From positions 62,001 through 126,000 of the forward strand of contig QPMI01000222.1 of NCBI GenBank assembly GCA_004431415.1: a stretch of 64,000 bases of DNA. Direction: 5' to 3'. Source of the DNA: Cyanophora paradoxa CCMP329. Its lineage: Eukaryota > Plantae > Glaucophyta. Position numbers and translations under genes: made by a program. The number at the start of each line of letters is the position of its first letter. The stretch's first letter is position 1. Of the stretch, positions 62,176-64,000 are shown piece after piece. The notes beneath the pieces were generated by a model that had not been told where the DNA came from, searched no databases, and worked only from the letters and a program-made list of their open reading frames with translations.

Positions 62176-64000
62176 ATGGGAGACAAGGTGCGCACAACGA
62201 GTGTTTCGCGCCCGCTGAGCTTAGCTCCGCTGGCCGCCGCCGCGGCCGGCTTCCAAGCGCAACTTTCTTCGGACTAAGCCGGCGGCACGCAGGGGAAGGG
62301 CGAGGGTGGCGGAGAGGACCCTCGTATCAAATGGTTCGAGGAACGCGTGATGGCGAGCCTCAAGCCGAAGCCCGAGAAGTGGAAAGGCACAGTAACGTCG
62401 GCCGAGGGCGGGTGCGTCGCCCTAGGGCCCGCTTCGCCGCGCAGACGAGTGCTTTTAGTGTGCCTAACAAGATTCCGCGCAGCCGCGCCTTCTCGGAGTT
62501 CATGGACAACTCCGAAACTCGGCGTTTCCTGATCTACGACGACGGTGGCAAGGACGCGCTGAAGGCCACGTGCGGGGCTCCGACTAGCATCAAGAGGAAG
62601 GTGCGGACGCGCGCTTTCGCCGAGCGGTCTGTTTTCCGCCGTGCTGACCCGGCCCCGCACTCGCAGGGCCTGTACTTCTTGAAGAAGCGGGCGGCGACCC
62701 TCACCATCGATAACCTGAAGGAAGAAGTGATTGTTGGCGATCTGACGACCAACGTGCTGCAGCAGCTATCGCTCATCTCGCAGGAGGTGCGCTTGAGCCC
62801 GAAGCCCGCTCCGCACGCTTCCGCCCGCGCGCGCTGCTCACGCGCCGCCCCGCAGGTCTTGCTGCCGCTTCTTTCGAACACGAAGAACCAGCAAGGATGG
62901 CCGGATGTCATTTCGAAGGAGGTCATGGACAACTTCCACCGCTTCGTCGGGAGCGTGTACGTCACGATAGGCCAGACGCAGGTCCGCGGGCCTCCCTCCC
63001 GCCGCGCGCGCGCGCGATCCTTAGCTCCGCGCAGGGCAAGACGCTGCTGCCGCTCCCGCCGGCGGACATGATCAACATCGAGAAGGCCGTGAACGACAAG
63101 GAGAAGATCCACAGATTAGAGTCCTCTGTGGTCTCCTGGACGCACCTGATCAAGGCGCGTCCGCTCTTGGGGGGGCGGCGCCGCGGGCTGCTCACGGCTT
63201 CCTTTTGCGCAGACCGTGCTGCGCTCCGACCCGGAGTCGATGTTCCGGGGCGGGAAGAACCCGGGCCCGACCGCCGAGGTCGAGTTCTGGGTCAACAAGG
63301 CCGCCAACCTGAACTCGATCCACGAGCAGCTCTCGGGCGACAAGATCCAGAAGGCGAGCGGGCCGCCTTCCTTTCCCCTCCGACCCGATCCCCCAATGTT
63401 ACCAACGGGGCGCGGGCGGCTCGGCAGGTCATGAAGATCCTGGAGCTGACGAAGAGCACGTACTTCCCGGCGTTCGGGCGGCTCATCAAGGAGGTGGCGC
63501 AGGCCAAGGTCGAGGCCAACGACAACGCCAAGTTCCTGCGCGCCCTCGAGAAGACCTTCGGCAAGCTCACCGCCGTGCGCCCCGCCCGGCCCACGCTTTT
63601 CCCCTCCCGCTGCGGCGCTCTGTCCGTGCGTGCCTGAACCGGCCCGGTTCGCAGATCGGGCAGCTGAACGAGATGACGGACGTCTTCAAGCCGATGATGC
63701 ACCAGATCATGCTGGTCTGGAAGCACTCGCAGTACTACAACACGAGCGGGCGCCTCGTCGTCCTCATGCGCGAGATCTGCAACGACATCATCGAGCAGGC
63801 CCGGTCCTTCGTCAACGGGCACGAGATCTTCAAGATCGAGCCGCAGGACGCCGTGGACCGCCTCAAGATGACCATCAAGGTCCTCACCGCCTTCAAGCAG
63901 ACGTACCTCGAGTACAAGCAGCGGGTCGCCCAGGAGTGCCCCTCCAACCCCTGGCGCGTCCAGGTCCGCCCGCTCGCTCGCTCCACGCCCGCCCCGGGCG
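62176..64000 (+). CDS. Axonemal dynein heavy chain, N-terminal stem (outer-arm beta type, DNAH9/17-like); 5' part only
   Basis: LYFLKK, VLLPLLSNTKNQQGWPDVISKEV, GQTQGKTLLPLP, IHRLESSVVSWTHLIK, PGPTAEVEFW, LELTKSTYFPAF, EANDNAKFL, WKHSQYYNTSGRLVVLMREICNDIIEQAR. Confidence 0.93.

Overview
GC-rich nuclear DNA from a flagellated eukaryote. Introns are very dense and short (donors mostly GTGCGC/GTACC, many GC; CTGAC-like branch sites; GCAG acceptors). A glaucophyte such as Cyanophora is my guess from gene style only. The raw ORF track is mostly GC shadow frames, so I spliced genes by eye. About 12 genes: kinesin-7/CENP-E-like (-, partial); guanylate-binding protein (+); a helical-repeat/PPGY protein (-); a TM-LEA-like-alpha-crystallin small HSP (+); an ADCY10-like cyclase-STAND-TPR protein (+); a CHASE receptor with no visible output domain (-); a GPR1/FUN34/SatP transporter (-); a START-like protein (+); a large TIR-TIR-TM-coiled-coil-propeller-FN3-like receptor (-); an EF-hand-like Pro-rich protein (+); a RING-coiled-coil-MATH-like protein (-); and the start of an axonemal dynein heavy chain (+). 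The best candidate for an undescribed system is the ~11 kb gene at 41736-53047. It reads as an inverted (type II) Toll-like receptor built on a bacterial TIR-WD40 scaffold. Both TIR domains keep the catalytic Glu and share three intron positions, which implies duplication after the gene gained introns. All exon boundaries are manual and approximate, and family calls come from remembered motifs, not database searches.
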